From positions 4,891-68,890 of the forward strand of contig CAZOFG010000002.1 in the NCBI GenBank assembly GCA_964579125.1: a DNA stretch of 64,000 nucleotides, written 5' to 3'. The stretch comes from an uncultured Halobacteriales archaeon (GTDB taxonomy: Archaea; Halobacteriota; Halobacteria; Halobacteriales; SKSH01). The translations under genes were made by a program, and so were the position numbers. The notes below the pieces were generated by a model, which saw only the letters and a program-made list of their open reading frames with translations, was not told the DNA's origin and did no database searches. Below, one piece after another: positions 16,919-26,583 of the stretch (positions are counted from its first letter, which is position 1; the number at the start of each line of letters is the position of its first letter).

Positions 16919-17439
16919 CCGATCGAACACAACGCTTCGATCGTGTCCCCCAGACCGGCGAGGGCCATGACCCGCCAAGTCGAGCGGCAATCCTTTCGTG
17001 GTGGTCGGACCGGTTCGGGATTCCGCCAGAGACGTTCGCCGAACACAGTTTCTGGGAACGCGGTGCGGGCAAGATCTGGGTCGTCTCCGGTTCAGTCGAC
17101 GATCCGTTCGAAAGTGAGGGCCTTGGGATAACGGTACTTCGAACCGGCGGCCACGACTGGAAACCCACGACGAATGCGGTCCAGCGATTCGGGCAGGCGG
17201 CGACGCGAAATGTCGTTGAACTCACGCAGACACAGGCCCGGCGGTTCGTCGCCGGAGCCGAGCAATCGGTCGATACGACCGCGGCGCGGGGCTATGTGAT
17301 CGTCACCACCCAGGTAGCCGAAGAGCGAACGGTCCTCGGCGTCGGACAGCACCTCGACGGGCGTCTCGTCTCGAACGTCCCGAAGGGTCGTCGTCGGGAA
17401 CTCATCCCAGACAGTGCATCGGGATCTGTATCCTTTTAG
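16915..17439 (+). CDS. RsmF C-terminal / PUA-like RNA-binding domain protein
   Basis: ATGA overlap with the methyltransferase stop. GYVIVTTQVAEERTVLGVGQHLDGRLVSNVPKGRR resembles the PUA-like tail of RsmF-type enzymes. Confidence 0.6.
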   Translation: MTDRTQRFDRVPQTGEGHDPPSRAAILSWWSDRFGIPPETFAEHSFWERGAGKIWVVSGSVDDPFESEGLGITVLRTGGHDWKPTTNAVQRFGQAATRNVVELTQTQARRFVAGAEQSVDTTAARGYVIVTTQVAEERTVLGVGQHLDGRLVSNVPKGRRRELIPDSASGSVSF

Positions 17440-17462
17440 GCACTCGTCCCGGACCGAGAGCG

Positions 17463-18098
17463 GTGATGAGTGAGGATGCGGCCGCGGACGCAGACGAGCC
17501 GGCCGAGGACCCCGACGGGACCACTGACTCCGTTCCCAAGGATTTCGTTGAACAGATCGCCTCATACGACGAGTCCCTGGCCAGTGCCGCAGCCACGCTG
17601 TGTGAGGATCGCGAGTCGTTCCGGGAGCAGATCGACGAACTGGAGGAGCAACTCGACGAGTTGGAATCTCGGCTCAAGCGCGAGCGGGCGGATTTCGAGA
17701 ATTACAAAAAACGACGGAAGGAACAAGAACAACAACTCCGAGAACGGGCGACGGAATCCTTAATTGAGCGGATCGTCAGTGTGCGCCGGGATCTGCAACG
17801 TGCTCTCGATGAGCCAGGCCAGGATTATGATGATCTCCGCGAAGGGGTGAAAATCACGCTTCGAAATCTCGATCGTGTTCTCGACGCCGAGGACGTTGAG
17901 CGGATCGAACCCGAGATCGGTACCTCGGTCGATCCCCGACGGCACGAGGTGCTCGCGCGGGTCGATGGCGAGGGCTCGCCAGGGACGATTGCTGAGGTCG
18001 TTGAACCGGGGTTCGAACGCGGCGATCGCGTTCTCGAAGAGGCACAGGTCGTGGTCGTCGAGGACGGTTCGGATGACGGCGAGCCCCCGCAGTCTTGA
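17463..18098 (+). CDS. grpE: nucleotide exchange factor GrpE
   Basis: Acidic N-terminus, coiled coil (ELEEQLDELESRLKRERADFENYKKR), GrpE C-terminal pattern. Immediately upstream of dnaK. Confidence 0.9.
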   Translation: MMSEDAAADADEPAEDPDGTTDSVPKDFVEQIASYDESLASAAATLCEDRESFREQIDELEEQLDELESRLKRERADFENYKKRRKEQEQQLRERATESLIERIVSVRRDLQRALDEPGQDYDDLREGVKITLRNLDRVLDAEDVERIEPEIGTSVDPRRHEVLARVDGEGSPGTIAEVVEPGFERGDRVLEEAQVVVVEDGSDDGEPPQS

Positions 18099-18184
18099 AC
18101 GGTACCGGTCGGCTTCATAGCGTGCTTCTGTCACGGGTACATCGGACGAAACCCCCGATGAGAATCTCGTCTCCACCTGTAAGA

Positions 18185-18191
18185 GTTAAAC
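18185..18191 (+). promoter_or_regulatory. TATA-like element upstream of dnaK
   Basis: GTTAAAC centred about 29 nt upstream of ATG 18217. Confidence 0.3.
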
Positions 18192-18216
18192 GAGGCAAGT
18201 TGTTACCACTCACCTG

Positions 18217-20091
18217 ATGACGAGCGACAAGATTCTCGGGATCGACCTCGGGACGACAAACAGTGCGTTTGCCGTGATGGAAGGTGGCGACCCCGAGATC
18301 ATCGTCAACGGCGAGGGCGACCGGACGACCCCGTCCGTGGTTGCCTTCACCGAGGACGGTGAGCGACTGGTCGGCAAGCCCGCGAAGAACCAGGCGATCC
18401 AGAACCCCGAACGGACCGTCGAGTCGATCAAGCGACACATGGGTGAGGAGGACTACAGCGTCCAAATCGACGACGAGGAGTATACGCCGGAGGAGATCTC
18501 GGCGATGATCCTCCAAAAAATCAAACGTGACGCCGAGGAGTACCTCGGGGATGACATCGCGAAGGCGGTCATCACGGTGCCAGCATATTTCAACGATCGC
18601 CAGCGGCAGGCCACAAAAGACGCCGGTGAGATTGCCGGCTTCGAGGTCGAGCGCATTATCAACGAACCCACTGCCGCTTCGATGGCGTACGGGCTCGACG
18701 ACGAATCCGATCAGACCGTCCTCGTGTTCGACCTCGGTGGCGGGACGTTCGATGTCTCGATACTCGATCTCGGCGGGGGCGTCTACGAGGTCGTCGCGAC
18801 AAACGGTGACAACGATCTCGGGGGCGACGATTGGGACCGTGCAATCATCGATCACCTTGCTGATGAATTCGAGGACGAGCATGGGATCGACCTGCGTGAA
18901 GACCGTCAGGCGCTCCAGCGGCTGAAAGACGCGGCGGAGGAAGCGAAGATCGAACTCTCCAGTCGCAAAGAAACCGAGATCAACCTTCCGTATATCTCGG
19001 CGACCGACGACGGACCCCTGCACCTCGAAGAGCGTCTCACCCGAGCGACCTTCGAGTCGATCACGGAGGATCTCCTGGAACGGACAGTGGACCCGACCGA
19101 GCAGGCCTTGGCCGATGCGAGCTATGACAAATCCGATCTCGATGAGGTGATCCTCGTGGGCGGCTCGACCCGGATGCCAATGGTCCAAAACCAAGTCGAG
19201 GAACTCACCGGCCTCGAGCCCCAAAAGAACGTCAATCCGGACGAGGCGGTCGCCCTCGGAGCGGCGATACAGGGTGGCGTCCTCTCCGGTGACGTCGACG
19301 ACATCGTGTTGTTGGACGTCACGCCCCTCAGTCTCGGTATCGAGGTAAAGGGCGGGCTCTTCGAGCGCCTCATCGAACGTAATACGACGATTCCCACCGA
19401 AGAGTCCAAGCTCTTCACGACGGCGGCCGACAACCAGACCTCCGTCCAAGTCCGCGTCTTCCAGGGCGAACGCGAAATCGCCGAGGAGAACGAGTTGCTC
19501 GGCGAGTTTATGTTGACGGGCATCCCCCCGGCTCCGGCCGGAACGCCCCAGATCGAGGTCACGTTTTCGATCGACGAGAACGGGATCGTCAACGTCTCCG
19601 CTGAGGACCAGGGCACCGGCGAATCCGAGGAGATCACGATCGAGGGTGGCGTCGGTCTTTCCGATGAGGAGATCGAACAGATGCAACAGGAAGCCGAGGA
19701 GCACGCCGAAGAAGATGAGCGTCGCCGCGAACGGATTGAGACCCGCAACGAGGCCGAAGCCACCGTTCGCCGAGCCGAGACCCTCTTGGAGGAGAACGAG
19801 GACGCCGTCGATGATGCGTTGCGTTCCGAGATCGAAGACAAGCAAGAGCGTCTCGAGGACCTTTTGGACGCCGAGGATGCGTCCATCGAGGACCTCGAGG
19901 CTGCCATGGAGGATCTCTCGGAGTCACTGCAGGAAATCGGCCAACAGCTCTATCAGGAACAAATGCAACAACAGGCCCAGCAGGCAGCGGCCGGGGCCGG
20001 CCCCACTGGCGAGGGCACCGAGGTCGACTTCGAGGATGAGGATGTCGTCGATGCGGACTTCGAAGACGTCGAAGAGGACGAGGAAGAGTAA
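18217..20091 (+). CDS. dnaK: molecular chaperone DnaK (Hsp70)
   Basis: [17 protein letters not shown] and [11 protein letters not shown] signatures. 624 aa. Confidence 0.97.
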   Translation: MTSDKILGIDLGTTNSAFAVMEGGDPEIIVNGEGDRTTPSVVAFTEDGERLVGKPAKNQAIQNPERTVESIKRHMGEEDYSVQIDDEEYTPEEISAMILQKIKRDAEEYLGDDIAKAVITVPAYFNDRQRQATKDAGEIAGFEVERIINEPTAASMAYGLDDESDQTVLVFDLGGGTFDVSILDLGGGVYEVVATNGDNDLGGDDWDRAIIDHLADEFEDEHGIDLREDRQALQRLKDAAEEAKIELSSRKETEINLPYISATDDGPLHLEERLTRATFESITEDLLERTVDPTEQALADASYDKSDLDEVILVGGSTRMPMVQNQVEELTGLEPQKNVNPDEAVALGAAIQGGVLSGDVDDIVLLDVTPLSLGIEVKGGLFERLIERNTTIPTEESKLFTTAADNQTSVQVRVFQGEREIAEENELLGEFMLTGIPPAPAGTPQIEVTFSIDENGIVNVSAEDQGTGESEEITIEGGVGLSDEEIEQMQQEAEEHAEEDERRRERIETRNEAEATVRRAETLLEENEDAVDDALRSEIEDKQERLEDLLDAEDASIEDLEAAMEDLSESLQEIGQQLYQEQMQQQAQQAAAGAGPTGEGTEVDFEDEDVVDADFEDVEEDEEE

Positions 20092-20130
20092 CGCCGGTCC
20101 CGCCAGTTAGGAATACAGAGTACGCATACG

Positions 20131-21282
20131 ATGGCTCGTGACTTTTACGACGTCTTGGGTGTGGATCGCTCGGCCTCGGAAGAGGAGATCAAACGCGCCT
20201 ATCGGGAAAAGGCCGCAGAGTATCACCCGGACGTCAGCGACGATCCCGACGCCGAAGAGAAATTCAAGGAAATTCAACAGGCGAAGGAGGTGTTGACCGA
20301 CGAGGAGCAGCGCGAACTGTATGATCAGCTCGGTCACGAGCGATACCTCGAGTTCGAAAAGCGGGGCGGAACTGACGCCGACGCCGGTGGCCAGCGACGG
20401 GCTGGGGGCCCCTTCGGTGGTGCCGGCGGTGGTGATCCGTTCGGCGACATCTTCGAGCAGTTCTTCGGGGCCAGTCGCCAGAGCCGATCCCGCGATCGAC
20501 CACAGTCGGGCGCCGATCTTCGTACCCGAATGCGGATCGATCTCGAAGCGGCGTACGAGGGGACAACCAAACGCATCACCGTCCGTCGCCCGGAACAGTG
20601 CGATGAGTGCGGCGGCACGGGCCATCCTCCGGATGCCGAGGCACGGACCTGTCCGGAGTGCGATGGTCGGGGGCGGATCACGCAAGTTCAACAATCGCCG
20701 TTTGGTCGGGTTCAGCGCGAACAGCGCTGTGATCGGTGTGATGGCACCGGCCGGATCCACACCGAAACGTGCGCGACCTGTAGCGGATCGGGGACGGTCG
20801 AGCGTGAGCGAACGCTCGAGGTCGACGTACCGGCAGGCATTCGCGACGGTCAGACGCTCCGAATGGATGGCGAGGGCGCGCCAGGCGAACGGGGTGGTCC
20901 CAACGGAGATCTCCTCATTGAGGTCACTGTTGAGGACCACGATACGTTCGGCCGGGACGGTGATACCCTGTATTACGACCTGTCGATCTCGTATCCGCAA
21001 GCAGTTCTGGGTGATACGGTCGAGATTCCGACCCTTGCGGGCAGTGTCGAGCTCTCGATCCCAGCGGGCACGCAGCCTGGCGATAAGTTCCGCGTCGATG
21101 ACCGAGGCATGCCCCGGTTACGGGGTCGAGGACAGGGCGATCTCATCGTCACGGTCGACCTTGCCGTCCCCACGGACGTGTCGGAAGAGCAACGCGAGGC
21201 GATCGAACGTCTGGCCGAGCTCGACGACGTCGAAATCGACCCTGACGAATCCTTTTTCGACAAACTCAAAGAATCGTTTTAA
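20131..21282 (+). CDS. dnaJ: molecular chaperone DnaJ
   Basis: J domain with HPD (YHPDV), G/F-rich linker, four CxxCxG zinc motifs. 383 aa. Confidence 0.95.
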   Translation: MARDFYDVLGVDRSASEEEIKRAYREKAAEYHPDVSDDPDAEEKFKEIQQAKEVLTDEEQRELYDQLGHERYLEFEKRGGTDADAGGQRRAGGPFGGAGGGDPFGDIFEQFFGASRQSRSRDRPQSGADLRTRMRIDLEAAYEGTTKRITVRRPEQCDECGGTGHPPDAEARTCPECDGRGRITQVQQSPFGRVQREQRCDRCDGTGRIHTETCATCSGSGTVERERTLEVDVPAGIRDGQTLRMDGEGAPGERGGPNGDLLIEVTVEDHDTFGRDGDTLYYDLSISYPQAVLGDTVEIPTLAGSVELSIPAGTQPGDKFRVDDRGMPRLRGRGQGDLIVTVDLAVPTDVSEEQREAIERLAELDDVEIDPDESFFDKLKESF

Positions 21283-21306
21283 CGATGCTCCCTGGAGGGG
21301 GACCGA

Positions 21307-21840
21307 TCAGGCCGGGATGGCGGTCCGTTCGAGGCGGTCGAAGGTCTCCTCCATGAACGCTGGAAGATCGTCAGGAACGCGGGACGTGACGAGGTTGTCA
21401 TCCACGACGACGGGCTCGTCCAGGTAATGCCCGCCGGCGTTCTCGATGTCGACCTCGAGGCTCCAGTAGCCGGTGAGTTCCCGATCCTCGAGGATGTCGG
21501 CGCTGATCAGCAACTGGGCCGCGTGACAGATACCGGCGACGGGTACGTTTGCTGCATCGAACGCGGCGACGATGTCGGCGGCCATGGGGGCCTCGGTCCG
21601 GAGGCGCTCGGGCGAGGACCCACCGGGGATTACGAGGAGATCGTACGCATCAGCCCACTCGCTGGGCGTGCGTTCATCGAGGTGATATGCGACATCGAAC
21701 TCGTAGCCGTGTTTGCCCTCGATGGAGTCACCACTCGGGGCGACGATATCGACATTGTAGCCTTCCTCGCGGAGCCGGTAGTACGGATAGCTCAGTTCAC
21801 TGTCCTCAAACCCGTCGGTAGCGAGGATAATGGAGCGCAT
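21307..21840 (-). CDS. DJ-1/PfpI family protein
   Basis: 177 aa. Nucleophile elbow AGICHAAQLL and DJ-1/PfpI overall pattern. Confidence 0.85.
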   Translation of the reverse strand: MRSIILATDGFEDSELSYPYYRLREEGYNVDIVAPSGDSIEGKHGYEFDVAYHLDERTPSEWADAYDLLVIPGGSSPERLRTEAPMAADIVAAFDAANVPVAGICHAAQLLISADILEDRELTGYWSLEVDIENAGGHYLDEPVVVDDNLVTSRVPDDLPAFMEETFDRLERTAIPA

Positions 21841-21896
21841 AGCCAGTCGAATGGTTTCGTCGCGGTTCTACAAAAATATTTCGCCTACGTGGGGGG

Positions 21897-23861
21897 TTAT
21901 CGTGCCTCCTCAATCGCCTCGATTGCTTGTGGATTTTCGATACTCGAGAGGTCGCCGAGGGATTCCCCACGATGCCTGGCAGCGATGGCTCGCCGGACGA
22001 TCTTACCGCTTTGCGTCATGGGGAATTCGTCGACGAATTTGATTGCTTTCGGCCGGAACGGTTTCCCGAGTTCTGCCCCGACTTGTTCGATCAGTTCTGT
22101 GCGTAATTGGTTCGTCTCGTCGATCTCCGGTTCGGTGATCACGTACGCGACAACGGCTTGGCCGGTCGTCTCATCGGGAACACCGATGGCCGCGGCCGCC
22201 GTGACAGCCGGATGATCGATCAACGCACCTTCGACCTCTGCTGGTCCGACTTTGCGACCGGCCACGTTCAAAACATCATCTGCACGACCGTGCAGGAACC
22301 AGAGGCCGTCCTCGTCCTTTTGTGCCCAATCACCATGATCCCAGAGATCGCCCCAGCGGCTCCAGTATTCTTCGAGATAACGATCGTCACCCTCCCAGAG
22401 GCTCTTCGTCATCGATGGGCAGGAATCTCGGGCCACGAGGTAGCCCCGTCGATGCTCGTCCGCGATCGACTCCCCTTCCTCATTCACGATGTCGATTGCC
22501 ATGCCAAGCCCCGGGCCACCCAGCGTACATGGCTTGAGTGACTGGATCGGCATCGGCATGAGGAAACACCCACAGATCTCGGTTCCTCCGCTGATGTTGA
22601 TAATCGGCGTATCGCCCCCACCGACGTGGTTGAAAAACCACTGCCATGACTCCGGATCCCACGGCTCCCCGGTCGACCCCAGCAAGCGCAAACTGGATAG
22701 ATCATGCTGATCGAGCCACTCGGTTCCGTGTTCGCGCAGGGTCCGAATCGCGGTGGGGCTGATACCGAAGACAGTGAGGCCGTGCCGATCGATCATCTCC
22801 CAATATCGATCCGGGTTCGGATAATCGGGGGCGCCTTCGTAGAGGAAGACCGTCCCCCCGAAGGCGTGATTGCCGATGAGCGTCCATGGCCCCATCATCC
22901 AGCCGATATCGGAAACCCAGAAGAAGCGGTCGTGCGGTTTGTGATCGAAGCCGAAGTAGATCTCTTTCGCCGTCTGGGCGAGGACACCCGCATGCGTGTG
23001 GACGATCCCTTTCGGCTTGCCGGTGGTTCCGGAAGAATACAACAACATCGACTCCGCGTTCGAGGCAAGCGATTGGGTCTCATACGTTGGCTCCTGGTCG
23101 CCGACGGCATCGTCCCACCACTCGTCACGGTCCGGATCCATGGGGATGTCTCGATCGAGGCGATCGTAGACGATGACATGCTCGACGGTGCCTGCTTCCT
23201 TCATCGCGTCGTCGGCCTGTCCTTTGAGCGTAACTTCGTCGCCCCGGCGGTAGAAACCATCGCCGGTAAACAGCACCGAGCAGTCGGCATCCTCGAGGCG
23301 GGTGGCAGTGGCTTCCACGCCGAACCCTGAGAAAATCGGGACGGCGATGGCGCCGACTTTGAAACAGCCATAGAGGATCGAGATGACCTCGGGCACCATC
23401 GGCATGTACAGCCCCACCGTATCCCCGATGCCGATTCCCCGAGCTTCGAGGGCGTTCGCCACCCGGTTGCTTTGGGCGTGCAGTTCGTGAAAGGTGAGTT
23501 CGCGGGTTTCGCCGGGCTCACCCTCCCAGATCACCGCGGCTCGGTTGCGTTCGGGTGCATCAGGGGCCGCGTATCGATCGAGGACGTTATGGGCGATATT
23601 GAGTTCGCCGCCAGGATACCACTCGGTGAACTGCGGCCCCTTTGCATTGTTCCGGACGGCGTCGTACGGTTCGTAGAATTCGAGGTCGAGGTAATCAACG
23701 ATCTCATCCCAGAACCACTCCAATTCGGTCGTGGTCCGCTCAATAAGCTCGTCGTAATCCTCGATGTCGTGAGCCTGCATAAACTCGTACACGTTGGTCG
23801 ATTCGATCCAGGATTGGGAGGGTTCGTAGGCTACCTCGGAGACGTCTTCGAGGGTGTCCAT
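21897..23861 (-). CDS. acs: AMP-forming acetyl-CoA synthetase / acyl-CoA ligase
   Basis: 654 aa from ATG 23859-23861 (MDTLEDV), with a TATA-like CGTTTAGG 28 nt upstream. YSSGTTGKPKG AMP-binding motif. Ends in SGKIVRR, containing the conserved regulatory Lys. The track ORF runs to 24848 as a shadow. Confidence 0.9.
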   Translation of the reverse strand: MDTLEDVSEVAYEPSQSWIESTNVYEFMQAHDIEDYDELIERTTTELEWFWDEIVDYLDLEFYEPYDAVRNNAKGPQFTEWYPGGELNIAHNVLDRYAAPDAPERNRAAVIWEGEPGETRELTFHELHAQSNRVANALEARGIGIGDTVGLYMPMVPEVISILYGCFKVGAIAVPIFSGFGVEATATRLEDADCSVLFTGDGFYRRGDEVTLKGQADDAMKEAGTVEHVIVYDRLDRDIPMDPDRDEWWDDAVGDQEPTYETQSLASNAESMLLYSSGTTGKPKGIVHTHAGVLAQTAKEIYFGFDHKPHDRFFWVSDIGWMMGPWTLIGNHAFGGTVFLYEGAPDYPNPDRYWEMIDRHGLTVFGISPTAIRTLREHGTEWLDQHDLSSLRLLGSTGEPWDPESWQWFFNHVGGGDTPIINISGGTEICGCFLMPMPIQSLKPCTLGGPGLGMAIDIVNEEGESIADEHRRGYLVARDSCPSMTKSLWEGDDRYLEEYWSRWGDLWDHGDWAQKDEDGLWFLHGRADDVLNVAGRKVGPAEVEGALIDHPAVTAAAAIGVPDETTGQAVVAYVITEPEIDETNQLRTELIEQVGAELGKPFRPKAIKFVDEFPMTQSGKIVRRAIAARHRGESLGDLSSIENPQAIEAIEEAR

Positions 23862-23948
23862 ACGTCGGAGAAGCCACCGATTGCACCTAAACGTTGATGG
23901 CCGGCAGGAGGCAGAATGTCTATACTCATCGATTTTGTAGAGGGGTAC

Positions 23949-24554
23949 ATGTACGTCCGGGAGGCGAAAAATCGGGAGGAGGTGTGGCTCCTGGATCATA
24001 TCGAGGAGTTCGGCCTCGACGAGACGGCGTTTCGCTCCCGCGATTACGTCGTCGCAGTCGATGAAACCTCCCGAGAAAAGGCTGGATTCGGCCGTATTCG
24101 CCTCCATCCGGGCGAGGAGGAACACTGCGAATTGACGAGTATCGGTGTGCTCCCGGAATGGCGTGGTCAGGGGGTAGGCGCCCACGTCATCGAACGGTTG
24201 ATCGATCACGCCGACGATCAGGACTTCGAGACCGTGTATGCCCTCACAAGCGAGGTGGATTACCTCCGGCAGTTCGGCTTTGAGCCGATCGAGGCGAGTG
24301 AACTTCCACCGCCGTTGCGCACCCGCCTTGAGGAAATCCGCGAAGACGACGCCGAAGCGATCGGCCTCGCCATTGAGGTTGAATCCTTCACGATGCCAGA
24401 TCGCCTCCGGGAGGCGTTCAAGACAGCGAGCAAATCCGCAGCGGGGGAACGCGAAGAGGCGACCGCGGACGAGGCTAACGCGGCGGCAGAACCTGCCGAG
24501 GATTTCGGCATCGATGCCGAGGACGCGACGTACAAGTACGACGTGGACGGGTGA
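23949..24554 (+). CDS. GNAT family N-acetyltransferase
   Basis: Acetyl-CoA site VLPEWRGQGVGAHVIERL. Start set at ATG 23949, 26 nt after the TATA-like TCTATACTC. The track start 23916 is also possible. Long acidic C-terminal tail. Confidence 0.75.
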   Translation: MYVREAKNREEVWLLDHIEEFGLDETAFRSRDYVVAVDETSREKAGFGRIRLHPGEEEHCELTSIGVLPEWRGQGVGAHVIERLIDHADDQDFETVYALTSEVDYLRQFGFEPIEASELPPPLRTRLEEIREDDAEAIGLAIEVESFTMPDRLREAFKTASKSAAGEREEATADEANAAAEPAEDFGIDAEDATYKYDVDG

Positions 24555-24608
24555 AGAGGCAACACTCGGAGGAGGAGCTTCATAGGTGCTCCTAGCGCAC
24601 CTGGAAAC

Positions 24609-25004
24609 ATGCACCTCCATCATGTTGGGATCGCGACGCGCGAGGCCACGAGCCTCATTCGGACGTACGAGGCCTTTCTTGACCTCGAGGTGGTCCACGA
24701 AGAGCAAGTCGATGATCTCGATGTGACGTTTCTCGCGCTGGGAGGGACGTATCTCGAAGTACTCGAGCCCCGAACAGAGACGGGTCCCGTAGCTTCCTAT
24801 CTCGCTGACAACGGACCGGGGATTCACCATCTCGCGATCGCCCATCACGATGTCCCGAGCGCACTCTCACGAGCCCGGGAAGCCGGGATTGAACTCATCG
24901 ATTCCGAACCTCGACCGGGTGCATGGGGCCACGAGGTCGCGTTTTTGCATCCTCGAGATACCGGGGGCGTGCTCCTCGAGTTCGTTCAGTCGGAAGGACA
25001 CTGA
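24609..25004 (+). CDS. mce: methylmalonyl-CoA epimerase / VOC (glyoxalase) family protein
   Basis: 131 aa. HHVGIAT...GIHHLAI...GGVLLEFVQ pattern of the VOC fold. Confidence 0.8.
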   Translation: MHLHHVGIATREATSLIRTYEAFLDLEVVHEEQVDDLDVTFLALGGTYLEVLEPRTETGPVASYLADNGPGIHHLAIAHHDVPSALSRAREAGIELIDSEPRPGAWGHEVAFLHPRDTGGVLLEFVQSEGH

Positions 25005-25006
25005 CG

Positions 25007-25714
25007 CTATGGCCCAAATCGATCCCACGGGGGTGGGACGAGCGCCTCAGGAGAGCCGAGAACGTACCGGGGGAGTGAGTGTTCGATACCGGACAGGTCA
25101 ATCATGTCATCTGATTCGACCACGAGGGCGGCTTCAAGCCCGGCCGCTTGCGCGCCGACGATGTCACTCTCATAGGAGTTCCCGATATGGATAGTCTCCT
25201 CTGGTGCCACGCCGAGGCGATCGATGGTTCGGTCAAAGGGTTTCGGATCGGGTTTGGCCGGTGCCTCTGACCCAGCCACGGTGATGACGTCGACCTTGGA
25301 TGGAATATCGAGGGCGTCGAGCTTGGCCCGTTGGTAGTCTTCGATGCCGTTCGTCACCACCGCAATAGGGTACCGCTCGCTGAGATGGTTCAGTGCCGCC
25401 TCCGCGCCGGGCATCCAGTGCACCTTGGAAGGGTCCCGCAGATCGGTGTATGTGTCAGCTACCTCACGGCCGATCGCCGCCTCGTGTCCGGCGGCGACTG
25501 CCAACTCCGCAAAGCTCTCCCGCCGGAGTGTCGCCATATCGTCGACCGATTCGAGGTGCGTATCGAAGGCCGCTCGGTACTCGGCCCCCGTAAAAAACGG
25601 TTCCACGCCCGCCCGATTGAGAGCCTCATCGAGTACCTCTTGCGGGGACCGGTCATAGGTACAGAGCGTTCCATCGAGATCGAAGGAGACCGCGGCAATC
25701 GACCGATTGGTCAT
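25007..25714 (-). CDS. HAD-superfamily hydrolase
   Basis: Motif I VSFDLDGTL, motif II VVTNG, and a C-terminal GNSYESD motif. 235 aa. Confidence 0.8.
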   Translation of the reverse strand: MTNRSIAAVSFDLDGTLCTYDRSPQEVLDEALNRAGVEPFFTGAEYRAAFDTHLESVDDMATLRRESFAELAVAAGHEAAIGREVADTYTDLRDPSKVHWMPGAEAALNHLSERYPIAVVTNGIEDYQRAKLDALDIPSKVDVITVAGSEAPAKPDPKPFDRTIDRLGVAPEETIHIGNSYESDIVGAQAAGLEAALVVESDDMIDLSGIEHSLPRYVLGSPEALVPPPWDRFGP

Positions 25715-25735
25715 GTGAGACGGTATTCGGCGGCT

Positions 25736-26383
25736 TCACCCGTAATTTTCGATTTGGGCGGTCTCGAGATCGACTCCAAGCGATCGAAGTTCCTCGCGGC
25801 TCGTCTCTACGAAGGAGTGAAAGCCGAATACGAACCAGGTGCCGTCGGGAACCGTCTCCGCAAGGACTGTAGCCCCGGCGTGGATTGAGTCAGTTGCCGA
25901 ACCGAGAGCCACTGTTTGCGCCCGTTGTGCGAGGGCGGCGAGTCTCGTTTGATGCGGGTGCGCACCGCGTTCATCAAACGCGAACAGACCACAAGGGTGG
26001 CCGCTAGCGATGGCCCGTTCACAGACACCCAATCCGGCGCCGATCCCGGGACCACCTGCGAGAACGCGGACGGGGCCGCTCCCCTCGTAGGCCACGGTTC
26101 CGAACGGCCCCTCGACGGTAACCACGTCTCCTGGATCGCGTTCGGCCAGCCACGGCGTGAGTGTTCCATCGGGGTCAACTGAGACCGTTATTTCGAAGGT
26201 TTCCTTCGAATCGGGTGAAGACATCGTGTAATGGCGGGCATGCTCGGCCCCGTCGATGGTCGCCCGGATCAAGACGAATTGTCCCGGCGCGATCGTGACT
26301 TCTGCGGGCGTGTCGAGTTCGAGCGCGACGGTATCGGGACCGACCTGTCGACGTGTGCGGACAACCACCTCGGAGCGACTCAT
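25736..26383 (-). CDS. FNR-like FAD/NAD(P)-binding oxidoreductase
   Basis: RHYTMSS (RxYS FAD motif) and AGGPGIGAG. Start at ATG 26381-26383. The track ORF is over-extended to 26500. Confidence 0.75.
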   Translation of the reverse strand: MSRSEVVVRTRRQVGPDTVALELDTPAEVTIAPGQFVLIRATIDGAEHARHYTMSSPDSKETFEITVSVDPDGTLTPWLAERDPGDVVTVEGPFGTVAYEGSGPVRVLAGGPGIGAGLGVCERAIASGHPCGLFAFDERGAHPHQTRLAALAQRAQTVALGSATDSIHAGATVLAETVPDGTWFVFGFHSFVETSREELRSLGVDLETAQIENYG

Positions 26384-26583
26384 CGTATCCAACCATCGAG
26401 CCCCCAGGACACATTGGTTGTGATCCGTCCTGGCGGAACAACCGTTTTTTATTCGCCCCCCTCGAACGTGGGATATCGACCATCGTCCGACCGGGGGCAA
26501 TCCACGAAGTATTCAACCGTGGCGCCCGAGGTCGAACTGACAGTATCGCTTCGATCGACCGCACGAACACCAACGAGATATCA

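Noticed and set aside
15461-16990. 509-aa minus-strand ORF spanning the aminotransferase 5' end, the intergenic region and the RsmB-like gene.
   Set aside because: It has Arg/Pro/Ser-rich shadow composition. It overlaps two genes with clear catalytic motifs and crosses a promoter region. This is typical of stop-poor high-GC frames.
18115-19845. 576-aa ORF on the minus strand, fully antisense to dnaK.
   Set aside because: It lies entirely inside the well-supported dnaK gene. Its composition (L/G/R/D/V-rich) is what the dnaK complement produces. Long antisense ORFs opposite Hsp70 genes are a known artefact that has been mis-annotated as NAD-specific glutamate dehydrogenase in databases.
23862-24848. 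329-codon N-terminal extension of the acetyl-CoA synthetase ORF, giving 983 aa in the track.
   Set aside because: The extension is antisense to the GNAT and epimerase genes and has no ACS similarity. The ACS homology begins at MDTLEDV (ATG 23861), which has a TATA-like element 28 nt upstream.
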